From Candidatus Obscuribacteraceae bacterium (GTDB lineage Bacteria > Cyanobacteriota > Vampirovibrionia > Obscuribacterales > Obscuribacteraceae), in contig JBGAHS010000001.1 in NCBI GenBank assembly GCA_044226015.1, positions 896,001 to 960,000 on the forward strand: a stretch of DNA of 64,000 nucleotides, given 5' to 3'. Numbering within the stretch: the first letter of the stretch is position 1; each line of letters begins with the position of its first letter. The notes under the pieces are model-generated. The model was given only the letters and a program-made list of their open reading frames with translations, made no database searches and had not been told where the DNA came from. Below are positions 48,871-58,466 of the stretch, in pieces. A program made the position numbers and the translations under genes.

Positions 48871-49263
48871 TTACCGAGTTGAGCGTAGTTGTCTTTTTCT
48901 TAGCGAGGGCGGGCCGCTGTTATCAGAACCGTTCCAATTGTATAACCAATCGTCCATCAAACTCTGCAAAGTGCTCTCATAAATAGGCCTTGTTTGGGCA
49001 CTGAGGGTTTTGCCGGCAATATCAGCTGCCATCGAGACAAAACTATGGAAGTCAGCCCAATCTCCATCTGATAACTCTTCATAGTTTTCGTTCTCATTCC
49101 AATCTCTGAAAGCTGTTGAGAGAATCTGATTTAATGTGAAAACTCGAATTTGCTCATCTGCGCACGAAGGCAGAGCCGACAGTGTTTCATTTCTGGCACG
49201 AGAAATCGCTCGCTTGTATCGCGCCACTGTGGAACTTTGAACTCGCCCGAAAGTCTCAGCCAT
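48871..49263 (-). CDS. Hypothetical protein, paralogue of 47963-48616
   Basis: Gapless alignment with its paralogue over about 75 aa plus a shared C-terminal motif. Confidence 0.75.
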   Translation of the reverse strand: MAETFGRVQSSTVARYKRAISRARNETLSALPSCADEQIRVFTLNQILSTAFRDWNENENYEELSDGDWADFHSFVSMAADIAGKTLSAQTRPIYESTLQSLMDDWLYNWNGSDNSGPPSLRKRQLRSTR

Positions 49264-49365
49264 AGGACTAACAGTATATCCTCATGACTTGCAACTCATT
49301 CACATTTGGTTCACTAAAGCTCAAGTATGATGTTGGAGTCCAAAATCTGTTCGAGGAGATAAGAG

Positions 49366-50265
49366 ATGAAAGTTCTTATTACAGGAGCCAATGGACTTTT
49401 GGGCTCAAAGCTATGCGAATTTTTCAGAAATGAAGGGCATCAGGTCGTGCGGATGCTTCGGGGCAACCCGGAACGCAATACTTCAACTGAGCTGTATTGG
49501 GATCCCGTCGCAGGAAAAATTGATGTTTCGTCTCTAGAAGGGATGGACGCCGTTGTTCATCTGGTAGGAGAAACAGTGGCGCAACGTTGGACTGACGATG
49601 CGAAGCAAAAGATTATTCAGAGTCGCATCAAGAGTACTGACCTGCTTTGCAGAAGTCTGGCTCAGTTGAAGAAGCGCCCCGAAGTGCTCATCGCCGGTTC
49701 TGCCATCGGATACTATGGCGACCGCGGTCAATTGTCGGTCACAGAAGAGGCTTCTGTCGGTTCTGGGTTTTTAGCTGATCTGTGCGTGAAGTGGGAAACT
49801 GCAACGAAACCCGCTACAGAGGCTGGTATTAGAACCATAAACATGCGGACTGGTGTCGTTCTGAGTAAGGAAGGCGGTGCTCTGTCGAAAATGCTCACGC
49901 CGTTTCAGATGGGCGCAGGCGGCATTCTCGGCGATGGCAAGCAATACATGAGTTGGATTGCAATGCCAGATGTGTTGAATGCTGTGAAGTTTATGATTGA
50001 GAATAAGAATCTGTCAGGACCTGTCAATCTGGTTGCTTCCAACCCTGTAACCAATCAAGATTTCACAAAAGCGCTGGGCAAGGTCTTGCATCGTCCAACT
50101 ATTTGCCCGGTTCCAGCACCGGTGGTGAAGTTGCTCATGGGTCAAATGGCAGACGAAATGCTTTTGTCTGGAGCCAAGGTTCTCCCGAGTAAGCTTGAAT
50201 CTGCTGGATACAAATTCAAATATCCGTTTATCGAGGACGGATTGCGAGAAGCGGTGAGTCACTAG
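49366..50265 (+). CDS. TIGR01777 family NAD-dependent epimerase/oxidoreductase (YfcH-like)
   Basis: ITGANGLLG, SAIGYYG, RTGVVLS, GKQYMSWI, GPVNL, LHRP. Confidence 0.92.
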   Translation: MKVLITGANGLLGSKLCEFFRNEGHQVVRMLRGNPERNTSTELYWDPVAGKIDVSSLEGMDAVVHLVGETVAQRWTDDAKQKIIQSRIKSTDLLCRSLAQLKKRPEVLIAGSAIGYYGDRGQLSVTEEASVGSGFLADLCVKWETATKPATEAGIRTINMRTGVVLSKEGGALSKMLTPFQMGAGGILGDGKQYMSWIAMPDVLNAVKFMIENKNLSGPVNLVASNPVTNQDFTKALGKVLHRPTICPVPAPVVKLLMGQMADEMLLSGAKVLPSKLESAGYKFKYPFIEDGLREAVSH

Positions 50266-50321
50266 AAGCCCGGCTGCCGAACGGTTTCTGACGCCAATTA
50301 GTGAGTCGATGAGTCGGTTCG

Positions 50322-50364
50322 AAAAACATAGAGGGAATCCGCAAGATGCGGATTCCCTCTATTT
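50322..50364. terminator. Rho-independent terminator between convergent genes, probably bidirectional
   Basis: ATAGAGGGAATCCGCA / TGCGGATTCCCTCTAT perfect 16-bp stem; U-tract on the minus strand. Confidence 0.85.
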
Positions 50365-50412
50365 ACCAGCCCGCTGACTCTGGGTTCGGGGTATAGGTCA
50401 GCGTTTCAAACT

Positions 50413-50739
50413 TTAATGACGTGGGGTAGCTTTGCGCAATTGGTCGGGCGATTGAATTTCGCAGCCGCAATCAGCGCACTTTGGCAAATAGCCTTTCCAG
50501 GGTCCTTGAATGACGTGACCGTAGAATTTGCACATACTGTTGGTCTTCTTTTTGCTTTCGATAGGCGTCATTAGCAGAGTGCTCATGCTGTTCATGCAGT
50601 TATGAATGTTCTCGAGAACTTTGTCTGCCAATGTTTTCTTATAGGCTGAGACGTTACGCAGAGTGACTACTTCTTCTCTGGTGATGCGGCGGTTGCCGCT
50701 GCTGTGGAAACTTGATGATTTTGCTGCAAATGTATTCAT
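50413..50739 (-). CDS. Small hypothetical protein with a C-terminal C-x4-H...CxxC putative zinc-binding motif
   Basis: MCKFYGH...KCADCG; strong terminator downstream; start uncertain (frame open to 50862). Confidence 0.55.
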   Translation of the reverse strand: MNTFAAKSSSFHSSGNRRITREEVVTLRNVSAYKKTLADKVLENIHNCMNSMSTLLMTPIESKKKTNSMCKFYGHVIQGPWKGYLPKCADCGCEIQSPDQLRKATPRH

Positions 50740-50993
50740 TGTGTTCACCCAAACCCTTAAAACCCTTCGCCCGGTGGAGCTCTCAGCCGTGCTCCTGATG
50801 TATTTAAGATTACTCATCTTGCTTGGCAAAGTCCGGGCAAAGATTTGGCAGAAATTTGGCATATGGATTTTTTCAATACATATTTATGCGGACTTACGCA
50901 TGCGGTAAATACGAGTTTTACTGTCCACATCTGCTCTAAAACACATACACTTGAGAGGTTGGCTGGCTGGATTGCATACTGGGGAGAGAAGTA

Positions 50994-52370
50994 ATGCCCG
51001 ACGATTCCAAAGCCATTGCCATACCTATATTGAAGGTCGAAGACAAAGATGTAGTTGAGAAAGCACGTCTTGTCGAAAGCGCCGCCGCGAAGCTGTATAA
51101 CGATGTGCGTCCCGGTGTTGTTCGAATTGAAGCTGGTGAGGTGATGGGCAGCGGTTTCGCCCTTGATTCGCGGCGTTTCGTCACAAACTACCATGTGGTA
51201 GCTGAGCAGCCCGAGTCAGTGGTTAAGACCCAAGATGGGTTGAGTTATCGCGCGCGCATAGTGAAAGTCGACGACGTGAAAGACCTTGCCGTCCTTGAGA
51301 TAGTAGGCGACACGCCCAAGGTGCAGCCGCTGAAACTAGGTGACGAGAATAAGTTGGCGGCAGGGCAAGCTATTAATGCTTTCGGTCACCCTGACGGGGT
51401 CGGAGCCACGCTTATGTCGCCAGGTAAGTTCAACTCTTTCACCACAAATGAAAAAAGACTTGCGCCTGAAGTCCGACAAGATTTTGATACATTGCGTCTC
51501 GATGGCGCAGACAAAGCTGATTGGCTCAAAAATAGACTTTTGGCTGCAGAGATTGGTTTGCGCCACGGAAACTCAGGTGGTCCGGTTGTCGATGACAAAG
51601 GTATAGTCGTTGGCGTAACCACTTATAAAAGTGGAGCGAAAGATGGATTCATGGTTCCAGCATCTGAATTGAAAGCTCTGATTGAAAGCACCAAGAACAA
51701 ATATGAATTCAACTATGAATATCAGGTGACACCTGGAGGTTTGGGCGCTCAATATGCAGAACTGATGAAGGCGAAGCCCCTTGCCACGATAGCTACGACT
51801 GCAGGACTTGCTGGTGCTGAAATTTGGACTTTGAGAAGACTCGGTGATCTCGGGCGTGGCTCTGCGTTCGTGACTGCCGGCTATGGCGGGCTCAGTTTGC
51901 TTGATGATGTTCCGAAATTGCTTGATGCGACGAATAATAGAGACCGTCTTAAAGCAGGACTGGCAACGATTGGAGACAGTTCGCTGTTAGCTGGTGGAGC
52001 CTTGCGCTTTTCTTTGGGTGTGGGTGCTCGCGAAATTGTGCGTCCTTCTCTCAGAACGAGTTTGCTCGCTGGAATGGAAGGTAAGCTTGCCACCAGTTTT
52101 GGTGCCGAGGTTTTAGGTGCTACAAAAGGAACGGTCGCGAACGGACTCTTGAGTGCTTCGGAACGTGCGCTTGCTAGCAGCGCCGGAACATCGATGGAAA
52201 GATATCTCTCCAAGACTGGCAGAATTGGAATCGGTTTAATTGTAGTCGGTGCTGCAATTAAGTTTGGTTCCGAGTATATTCCGACGAGCCTTGTGAACAC
52301 GAGCATAATACGAACTGATGGAGAGCCGCAACGCGATCCGTTTTTTCTTGGTTCAAAGAAGGCCTGGTAG
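50994..52370 (+). CDS. Trypsin-like (S1C) serine protease with a Gly/Ala-rich hydrophobic C-terminal region
   Basis: TNYHVV, DLAVL, GNSGGP catalytic triad; no PDZ domain and no signal peptide. Confidence 0.85.
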   Translation: MPDDSKAIAIPILKVEDKDVVEKARLVESAAAKLYNDVRPGVVRIEAGEVMGSGFALDSRRFVTNYHVVAEQPESVVKTQDGLSYRARIVKVDDVKDLAVLEIVGDTPKVQPLKLGDENKLAAGQAINAFGHPDGVGATLMSPGKFNSFTTNEKRLAPEVRQDFDTLRLDGADKADWLKNRLLAAEIGLRHGNSGGPVVDDKGIVVGVTTYKSGAKDGFMVPASELKALIESTKNKYEFNYEYQVTPGGLGAQYAELMKAKPLATIATTAGLAGAEIWTLRRLGDLGRGSAFVTAGYGGLSLLDDVPKLLDATNNRDRLKAGLATIGDSSLLAGGALRFSLGVGAREIVRPSLRTSLLAGMEGKLATSFGAEVLGATKGTVANGLLSASERALASSAGTSMERYLSKTGRIGIGLIVVGAAIKFGSEYIPTSLVNTSIIRTDGEPQRDPFFLGSKKAW

Positions 52371-52379
52371 GCGACTGGT

Positions 52380-52820
52380 TTAGCCAAGTTCTTCCGTTAC
52401 GATTTTGCGGACAATGTTGCCGTCGGCAAGTCCTTTTAACTGCGGCATTGCCACTCTCATGACGCTACCCTGGTTTTTAGGACCTTCTATTTCGCTGATG
52501 ATCTTCTTGATCATTTCGCGTATTTCCGCTTCTGATTTTTGCTCTGGCATATACTTCATAAGAATGTCGCGCTCGGCAGCTTCTTTGTCAGCCAACTCTG
52601 TGCGACCAGCTTTTGTATATTCGTTAATAGAATCATTCCGTTGTTTGACTTGCTTCTGAATTACTTCAATTTCTTCCGCTTCGCTGAGTTCATCGGCGCC
52701 AGATTCGGTTCTGCGGTATGTAAATGCGGATAGAGCAGCTCTTAGCGTGTCGACCTTCACCTGGTCTCTAGCCTTCATCGCTTCTTTCATATCTGCGGAA
52801 ATTTTTTCTTTCAAACTCAT
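52380..52820 (-). CDS. yqeY: GatB/YqeY domain protein
   Basis: MSLKEKISADMKEAMKARD...KQRNDSI..Y..AGR.EL...G.ADG. Confidence 0.92.
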   Translation of the reverse strand: MSLKEKISADMKEAMKARDQVKVDTLRAALSAFTYRRTESGADELSEAEEIEVIQKQVKQRNDSINEYTKAGRTELADKEAAERDILMKYMPEQKSEAEIREMIKKIISEIEGPKNQGSVMRVAMPQLKGLADGNIVRKIVTEELG

Positions 52821-52889
52821 GTCTGTCCTCTTTTCTTTGTTACTGATTTCGTTGCTTGATTATGCTTTGTTAGTTTATCGTCTGATGGG

Positions 52890-54401
52890 TTACTTTTGAA
52901 TACTGTTGTTTTGTAAGTCTGGCTTTTGCAGCGCTTTAACGAGCAATTCTGTCTGCTGTTGGCTTGTCGGCGCCACGCAAAAAAGAATTTTTCTGTCTCC
53001 TTTTTGAACAACTGTGAGACCCTTGCTACTTATTACGTTGTCGATTTCTGTTGCGGAGAAACCCCAACTCCGCAGCGAGCTGACTTTGTCTTGCGGAACT
53101 AAGAATGCCATCAGTCTTGATGCTGAGTTACGATATGCTTCTAATGATTGTGGGTTATCCAGGGGGCACGAAAGCGAAAAACTGTGAAGTCGTGGAATTG
53201 CAGTTTGAATGCTCTTCCTGAGTTCTGCACTGCTGTCCAACTTGTCGCAATAAACGTCGAATGCTGTTATAAGCTGCCGACTATTCACCGTATTTTTCAA
53301 TTTCTTGCTGAAAATCTCAGTTGCAAGCCTCGCGAATTCAGCATCAATGACTTTGTCACTGTTCATGTATTTCGTAATTGGCGGGTAAAGAGCGTGGGCA
53401 TACTTGTCGACAACCTCATCTACGTACCAATTTTTTTGAACCTTTCCGTAAGCTTGTTTGGAAAACCAGCCCTGCCCGAGGGCAGTTGCCATGCCTTCAT
53501 TCAACTCTGAAAAGGCTTCAAAACCGTTGGGGTGCTTTTGAAATTCCTTGTTAGTGGAGTCTTGTGCTCGGCTGGTATGCCAGAGGGCGTGGCAGCATTC
53601 ATGAAAAACCACGTCGAGATTAATCTTCAACTTTTCTCCTGGTAGCACTTCGACAATTTGTATTCTTCCGAGGTTCTCGCCACTAGTGTTCTTGTGCTCC
53701 AGTTTAAATTCGGGCAACGGAATCAAAACTACGTTGCATGAAATACCTGATGGCCAGTTTGCATTCATAAAGTGCTGAACCTTTTGAAGACGTTCAGTTA
53801 GCTGAGTACTAACCACAGATTCTTGTGCTGTGGCGAGCTGCTTTTGTAGCTCTGGCAGTCTTGGTAGCCAGAGCATTTCATGATAAATCGGAGAAAAGTG
53901 TTCAATAACGGCTTTGAGTTTCTCAAATTGTTTTTCTTCTAGTTCTTTTTTTACCTTGCTTACGAAATCAGGAATGTTCTTTGACTGTGAAGCAAGGCAA
54001 AGAATGTATTGGTCCAGGTCCTGTTCTCTGCCAGTCTCATCTCTATAAACCTTGTTTGCCGTTGACTGCATTAGGTTCTGGTAATCACTGATAAATTTCT
54101 TGTCTGCGGCTGCCTTTTCGCCGCGGGCTTTTTTGTACCATGTTTTCACCCAAGATGTTGTGTGGTGGCGCTCGCTGATGCAATCCATGAATCTCATAAG
54201 TGAGCACGGTTCGCTGATCAGCAAATTAAGCTGGACAAGAGATGAACTAGTCTTCGTGGTGGTCGCTTGTTGTGAGGTTTGTTCTGCACAGCAGCTGGGT
54301 GCTGAATAAGTGGAAGACGCAGCAAGTAGCAGAAGTCCGGCCGCCATACTGAATATTGCAGTGTATCTTTTCTGTTTTGAATCGTGTTCTTTATTGATCA
54401 A
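52890..54401 (-). CDS. Secreted putative zinc metallopeptidase (gluzincin-like)
   Basis: Signal-like N-terminus; HECCH (HExxH) with a downstream NEGMAT third-ligand motif. Confidence 0.6.
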   Translation of the reverse strand: MINKEHDSKQKRYTAIFSMAAGLLLLAASSTYSAPSCCAEQTSQQATTTKTSSSLVQLNLLISEPCSLMRFMDCISERHHTTSWVKTWYKKARGEKAAADKKFISDYQNLMQSTANKVYRDETGREQDLDQYILCLASQSKNIPDFVSKVKKELEEKQFEKLKAVIEHFSPIYHEMLWLPRLPELQKQLATAQESVVSTQLTERLQKVQHFMNANWPSGISCNVVLIPLPEFKLEHKNTSGENLGRIQIVEVLPGEKLKINLDVVFHECCHALWHTSRAQDSTNKEFQKHPNGFEAFSELNEGMATALGQGWFSKQAYGKVQKNWYVDEVVDKYAHALYPPITKYMNSDKVIDAEFARLATEIFSKKLKNTVNSRQLITAFDVYCDKLDSSAELRKSIQTAIPRLHSFSLSCPLDNPQSLEAYRNSASRLMAFLVPQDKVSSLRSWGFSATEIDNVISSKGLTVVQKGDRKILFCVAPTSQQQTELLVKALQKPDLQNNSIQK

Positions 54402-54556
54402 ACTACAACGCCCACGTTAACTCTGATTGGAAATTTTGCGTACTGCATCAAAGGCTCTGTTGCGAATACTTCAATTACTGTCTGTTTCAAGTTCTGGCGG
54501 ATACTTCAAAAACTATGGCTTCCAAGCTCTTTGATGTTCCCGATATTGAAAACAGT

Positions 54557-56032
54557 TCAACTACTTTCTGCGTTTGCAAACGTACTCTTAAGCGCGCGTT
54601 TCCATCCTGTGTACTCTTTGCTGCGATTCGTTTTTGGCGTAAATTCCTTATCTACAATCCAGTTCTTTTCTATATCGTCTAAGTTTGAAATTAGACCGGC
54701 TCCGAGCCCCGCCATTGCCGCGGCTCCCCAGGCAGTCGCTTCGGATTGTCCGCTGCGAATAATTTTAATTTCGAGCACATCAGATTGGAATTGCAGCATC
54801 AAATTGTTTTTTGTCGCGCCACCATCAACACGCAGTTCGCTAAATGGTAGTTTGTATTTTTCCATTTGTTCAGCTACGTCTTTGACCTGATACGCCATGG
54901 CTTCTAGTGCGGCTCTAACGAAGTGAGCTCGGTTTGTACCGCGCGTTATTCCTACAATTGTTCCTCTCACATCTGAATTCCACCAGGGTGAGCCCATTCC
55001 CACAAGAGCTGGTACGAAGTAAACTCCATCATTAGCGTCTAGCTCACCTGCTAGCTTCTCTGCCTGATCACTGCTCTCAATTATGCCGAGCCCATCACGA
55101 AGCCACTGTATTGCTGCACCGGCTATGAAGATGGCACCTTCAAGTGCGTAAACAGGAGATTGATTTTGCAGTTGCCACGCCACGGTGCTTAGCAAACCGG
55201 GCACCAGATTCGGTGTTTCCCCAATATTTACGAGCAGGAAGCCACCGGTTCCGTAGGTGCATTTTGCCATGCCTTTTTTATAGCATGACTGTCCGAAAAG
55301 TGCCGCTTGCTGATCTCCCAGCACTCCGTGAATGGGTGCCTCTATTCCCAAAATCTCCTTGTTTGTGATACCAAAATTCGCATTGGCGGCTTTTATTTCA
55401 GGCATCATTTGTTTGGGAACATTGATTTTGCTCAGCAAATCATCGCACCATGCTGCCTTCGTTAAATCATATAGCATGGTTCTGGAAGCGTTGCTCGCTT
55501 CAGTAGCGTGGACTTTGTCTCTGGTCAAATTCCAGATAAGCCAGCAATCAATATTGCCGAAGAGCAGCTCACCTTTTTCAGCTCTTTCACGGGCGCCTAT
55601 CACATTGTCTAGAATCCACGCAATTTTTGGTCCTGAAAAATACGCGTCAGGAACCAGCCCCGTCTTCTCTCTGAACTCGTCTGATTCACGCAGTTTTGCT
55701 GCGATGTCTTGGGTTCTGCGGCACTGCCATACAATGGCGTTGTAGATGGGTTCGCCGGTGTTTTTGTCCCAGACTACCGTTGTTTCTCTTTGATTTGTGA
55801 TGCCTACGCATGCTATTTCTTCAGGTGCAATTTTTGCTTTTGCGATCGCTTCTTTTGCGCAGGCAATTTGAGTGCTAAGAATTTCTTTTGGGTCATGTTC
55901 AACCCAACCAGGCTGTGGGTAATATTGTTTGAATTCTTGCTGCCCCACCGATATTGTTTTGCCTGCGGTATCGAATATGATGGCACGCGAACTTGTTGTG
56001 CCCTGGTCAAGACTTAGTATGTAGCGTTTCAT
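54557..56032 (-). CDS. glpK: Glycerol kinase
   Basis: LDQGTTSSRA, GITNQRETT, WQCRRT, YFSGPK, GDQQAALFG, KCTYGTG, VDGG. Confidence 0.97.
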   Translation of the reverse strand: MKRYILSLDQGTTSSRAIIFDTAGKTISVGQQEFKQYYPQPGWVEHDPKEILSTQIACAKEAIAKAKIAPEEIACVGITNQRETTVVWDKNTGEPIYNAIVWQCRRTQDIAAKLRESDEFREKTGLVPDAYFSGPKIAWILDNVIGARERAEKGELLFGNIDCWLIWNLTRDKVHATEASNASRTMLYDLTKAAWCDDLLSKINVPKQMMPEIKAANANFGITNKEILGIEAPIHGVLGDQQAALFGQSCYKKGMAKCTYGTGGFLLVNIGETPNLVPGLLSTVAWQLQNQSPVYALEGAIFIAGAAIQWLRDGLGIIESSDQAEKLAGELDANDGVYFVPALVGMGSPWWNSDVRGTIVGITRGTNRAHFVRAALEAMAYQVKDVAEQMEKYKLPFSELRVDGGATKNNLMLQFQSDVLEIKIIRSGQSEATAWGAAAMAGLGAGLISNLDDIEKNWIVDKEFTPKTNRSKEYTGWKRALKSTFANAESS

Positions 56033-56358
56033 TCGCGCGATCCTTTTCTGAGTTTCGAAGCAGACAACGAATTCTGCGGGTGCTAAATCGACACAGAACG
56101 CTCTGGCGTTGCTGAGCGATAAAGCACATTTTGCTCAGCAAATACTAGCAAAAAAGGGGCTCTTGGTTTCTCTCTGCTGGCTTCAGAGGGGTGAATTTAA
56201 GCAAGGAAAGTAACTGCCCTCACTCCATGGCAAGGTGCTAAAATTTCTCCTCTGCCGATAAGAGAAGGGTCTTCAAAAGCAGAGTCAAGGATTTTGCTAG
56301 TCTGGCCTCACGTTCAATGTTCTGCGCCCTGTAAGCGCTAAAAGAGAGAAAGACGGAA

Positions 56359-56814
56359 TTGAGCGATACTGAAAAGCGTCGAGAATTTTTACTGAATCTG
56401 AGTGGTCTTAGTCTGTTCAAGTCTGGCGAGTTGCTCTATCGACTGCAACTTGGATACATGCCGGGAATGCCTCAGAGCGGAGTCGTTTACAAGCCTGACG
56501 CTAGCCGATGGGAGAGGTTTTGGGAAGAGATTGATGAGCTTGGTGTTTTCAACTGGAACGAGCCGCAGGCTTGGGCTATAGCTGATCCAGAGCGAGAGGG
56601 CGCTGCGGCTTGTGGTGTTTCGCACTTGCGATTTGCAATAATTGATGATGAGAACATTGCTATTTGCAAGGGGGCAAGTAACCGGTATCCGCCTAATTGG
56701 ATTGAGTTTTGGGCTTGTGTAGAAAGGCTTTTTAGCCCTGAGTTTGAGCGAATAAATCAGGAAGAATTAGATAGGGTAAAGTCCGAGATGCTTGCTGCGT
56801 GGGAAGCTCTTTAA
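56359..56814 (+). CDS. Hypothetical protein
   Basis: 151-aa ORF with protein-like composition (WERFWEEIDELGVFNW, SNRYPPNWIEFW); TTG start. Confidence 0.55.
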   Translation: MSDTEKRREFLLNLSGLSLFKSGELLYRLQLGYMPGMPQSGVVYKPDASRWERFWEEIDELGVFNWNEPQAWAIADPEREGAAACGVSHLRFAIIDDENIAICKGASNRYPPNWIEFWACVERLFSPEFERINQEELDRVKSEMLAAWEAL

Positions 56815-56973
56815 TTGCGGCTGATCGACCATTCTAAAGGCTGGCGCGCCGCAAGTCAGGATTTTTTGAAAGGGGCAATGTCGTTTAGAATGTGGTGGCT
56901 AAAATCATCGGGAACGACGCAGTTCTGTCCATTCGAAAGGCAGGAGCGCCGCAAGTCAGCCGGCTTCTTCGTT

Positions 56974-57603
56974 TTAATCAACAAGAAATTTGATTGCATC
57001 TTGTAAGCAAGCTGCGTAGGTTTCGCGGCGTGGGCGCTCGTCTTTGATTTCGGTGTTGGTGTGGCTGTATTTCTCGTAATCGGGCACATGTACAAACAAA
57101 ATTCCATGACAGCGATCGCTTTCTTGCCATTCATTTAGCGCACGGAAGTAGGTTTCATTGCAAACGTATGAACCTGCATGATTCGAAATGTCGCATGCAT
57201 AGTTCATTCTATTCAAGTGGTCTAGAAGTTTTCGCAAGGGCAATTTGCTGCGAATGGCATCAGGTGCGCCTTCTACGATGTGGTCATGGTCCCACGAGTG
57301 TTGATTGTTGTCGGGAATGCGGTATTGGCGAACATTTAGCGCGAATCGCTCCAGGCAAATTTTGTCCCGTCCGCCTGCCACGCCAGACATCAGAAGTAGA
57401 AACCGCTCAGAGCTGTTCTCCACCTCTTTCTTTACTTCTTCCCAAGCAGAATCGCAGCAGGTTTCTAATGTCAACTTGACAATTTGGTGGGCTTGAGCCT
57501 TGTTTTCATTCTTAACAAAATCAGGAAGCTCATTAACCGCTTCCTGGCTGGGATTCATCTGCGAGTCGCCGAACGCATTAAACCCTGTGACAATTACTTT
57601 CAT
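56974..57603 (-). CDS. pcp: Pyroglutamyl-peptidase I (C15)
   Basis: MKVIVTGFNAFG...NPS, ERFA, AGSYVCN (Cys), FVHVP (His). Start is ATG 57603; the longer ORF runs into the tRNA. Confidence 0.88.
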   Translation of the reverse strand: MKVIVTGFNAFGDSQMNPSQEAVNELPDFVKNENKAQAHQIVKLTLETCCDSAWEEVKKEVENSSERFLLLMSGVAGGRDKICLERFALNVRQYRIPDNNQHSWDHDHIVEGAPDAIRSKLPLRKLLDHLNRMNYACDISNHAGSYVCNETYFRALNEWQESDRCHGILFVHVPDYEKYSHTNTEIKDERPRRETYAACLQDAIKFLVD

Positions 57604-57665
57604 GTTTAGAAACCTGACTTTTATTCCCTGATCTCTCAATAGTGTAGAATGTATTCCAGTTATTT

Positions 57666-57753
57666 GCCGAAGTGGCGAAATGGCAGACGCAGCTGACTCA
57701 AAATCAGCCGGAGCAAACACTCCGTGTCGGTTCGACTCCGACCTTCGGCACCA
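57666..57753 (+). tRNA. tRNA-Leu(CAA) with long variable arm and encoded CCA
   Basis: GCCGAAG/CTTCGGC acceptor stem; GCTGA-CTCAAAA-TCAGC anticodon arm; GGAG/CTCC variable arm; GTTCGA T-loop; ACCA end. Confidence 0.97.
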
Positions 57754-57764
57754 AGTTTCGAGAG

Positions 57765-57800
57765 AATGCCTACCTATGTTTTAGGTGGGCATTTTTGTTT
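57765..57800 (+). terminator. Rho-independent terminator of tRNA-Leu
   Basis: AATGCCTACCTA / TAGGTGGGCATT stem followed by a T-rich tract. Confidence 0.85.
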
Positions 57801-57806
57801 GTGGGA

Positions 57807-58235
57807 CTATTTCGGGACTTCAGAAGCCTTGTTAGTAGCAAATTCACTTTCGCATGGAAACGAAGGTTTGTAGTTCAGTTGTTTTGCTTTGATTTCATCG
57901 GCTCTTGCTCTGTCAGACTGTTTCAGGCGGCGAAACAGCTCTGCGCGATAAGCATATGTACCAGCGAATGAGGGATTCCATGCAATTGCTCAATCCAGAT
58001 CAACTAATGCTTTCTTGTAATCACCAAGCATCATGTACGCCAGCCCACGATACGCATGGGCAAATGCATCACCATGATATTCGTCAAGGTAATTGTTAAA
58101 GGAGAGCATCGCATCTCGATAGTTTCCATTTGCAAGCAGACCTATTGAACAAAGAAACCCAGTGCAGCAAGTATTAATAACTCCTCCTGCCCTTTGCCAG
58201 AGATCAAGAAAGTTTGTAGCGAGTGCCCTGGTCAT
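57807..58235 (-). pseudogene. TPR protein gene interrupted by one in-frame TGA (57990-57992)
   Basis: Reads ...ALVDLD*AIAWNPSFAGTYAYRAELFRRLKQSDRARADEIKAKQLNYKP...VPK*; the TPR pattern continues in frame past the stop. Confidence 0.75.
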
Positions 58236-58357
58236 TTATTTGTCAAAACAGAACAGTCGAAACTGACTATAATCGCCAGACAGCTAAGACACATAGGCAT
58301 TACGGAAATTGTGCAGCAGGCTGCTGCACAATTATTATGGGGTGTCCTCTGCTAAGA

Positions 58358-58387
58358 TTGACAAGGACCGCTAAAAGGCGGCATAAT
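58358..58387 (+). promoter_or_regulatory. Near-consensus sigma70 promoter pointing toward the 3' end of the DUF3800 gene
   Basis: TTGACA (58358-58363), 18-nt spacer, CATAAT (58382-58387). Confidence 0.6.
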
Positions 58388-58393
58388 AACATT

Positions 58394-58452
58394 TGAGGGT
58401 TCGGCCTCGAAGTTGCTACGGTGGCTTCAACGGCGTTACCCTCTTCTTTTTT
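58394..58452 (+). ncRNA. Candidate DUF3800-associated structured small RNA
   Basis: Nested stems GAGGGT/ACCCTC, GCC/GGC and GAAGTTGC-TACG-GTGGCTTC (G-U pairs work only on +; C-UACG-G loop), then a U-tract; own promoter upstream. Confidence 0.6.
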
Positions 58453-58466
58453 GATCAGAATTTTTC

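Noticed and set aside
57803..57819. GGGACT direct repeat after the tRNA as an integrase arm-type site
   Set aside because: Only 6 bp, it overlaps the 3' end of the TPR pseudogene, and there is no integrase nearby
57604..57971. N-terminal extension of pcp to 57720 and the ORF at 57672-57971
   Set aside because: Both overlap the tRNA-Leu gene; pcp homology begins at ATG 57603
57990..57992. Selenocysteine or genome-wide TGA recoding
   Set aside because: The position is not a Cys-like site, no SECIS-like hairpin is evident, and TGA ends other genes in the window
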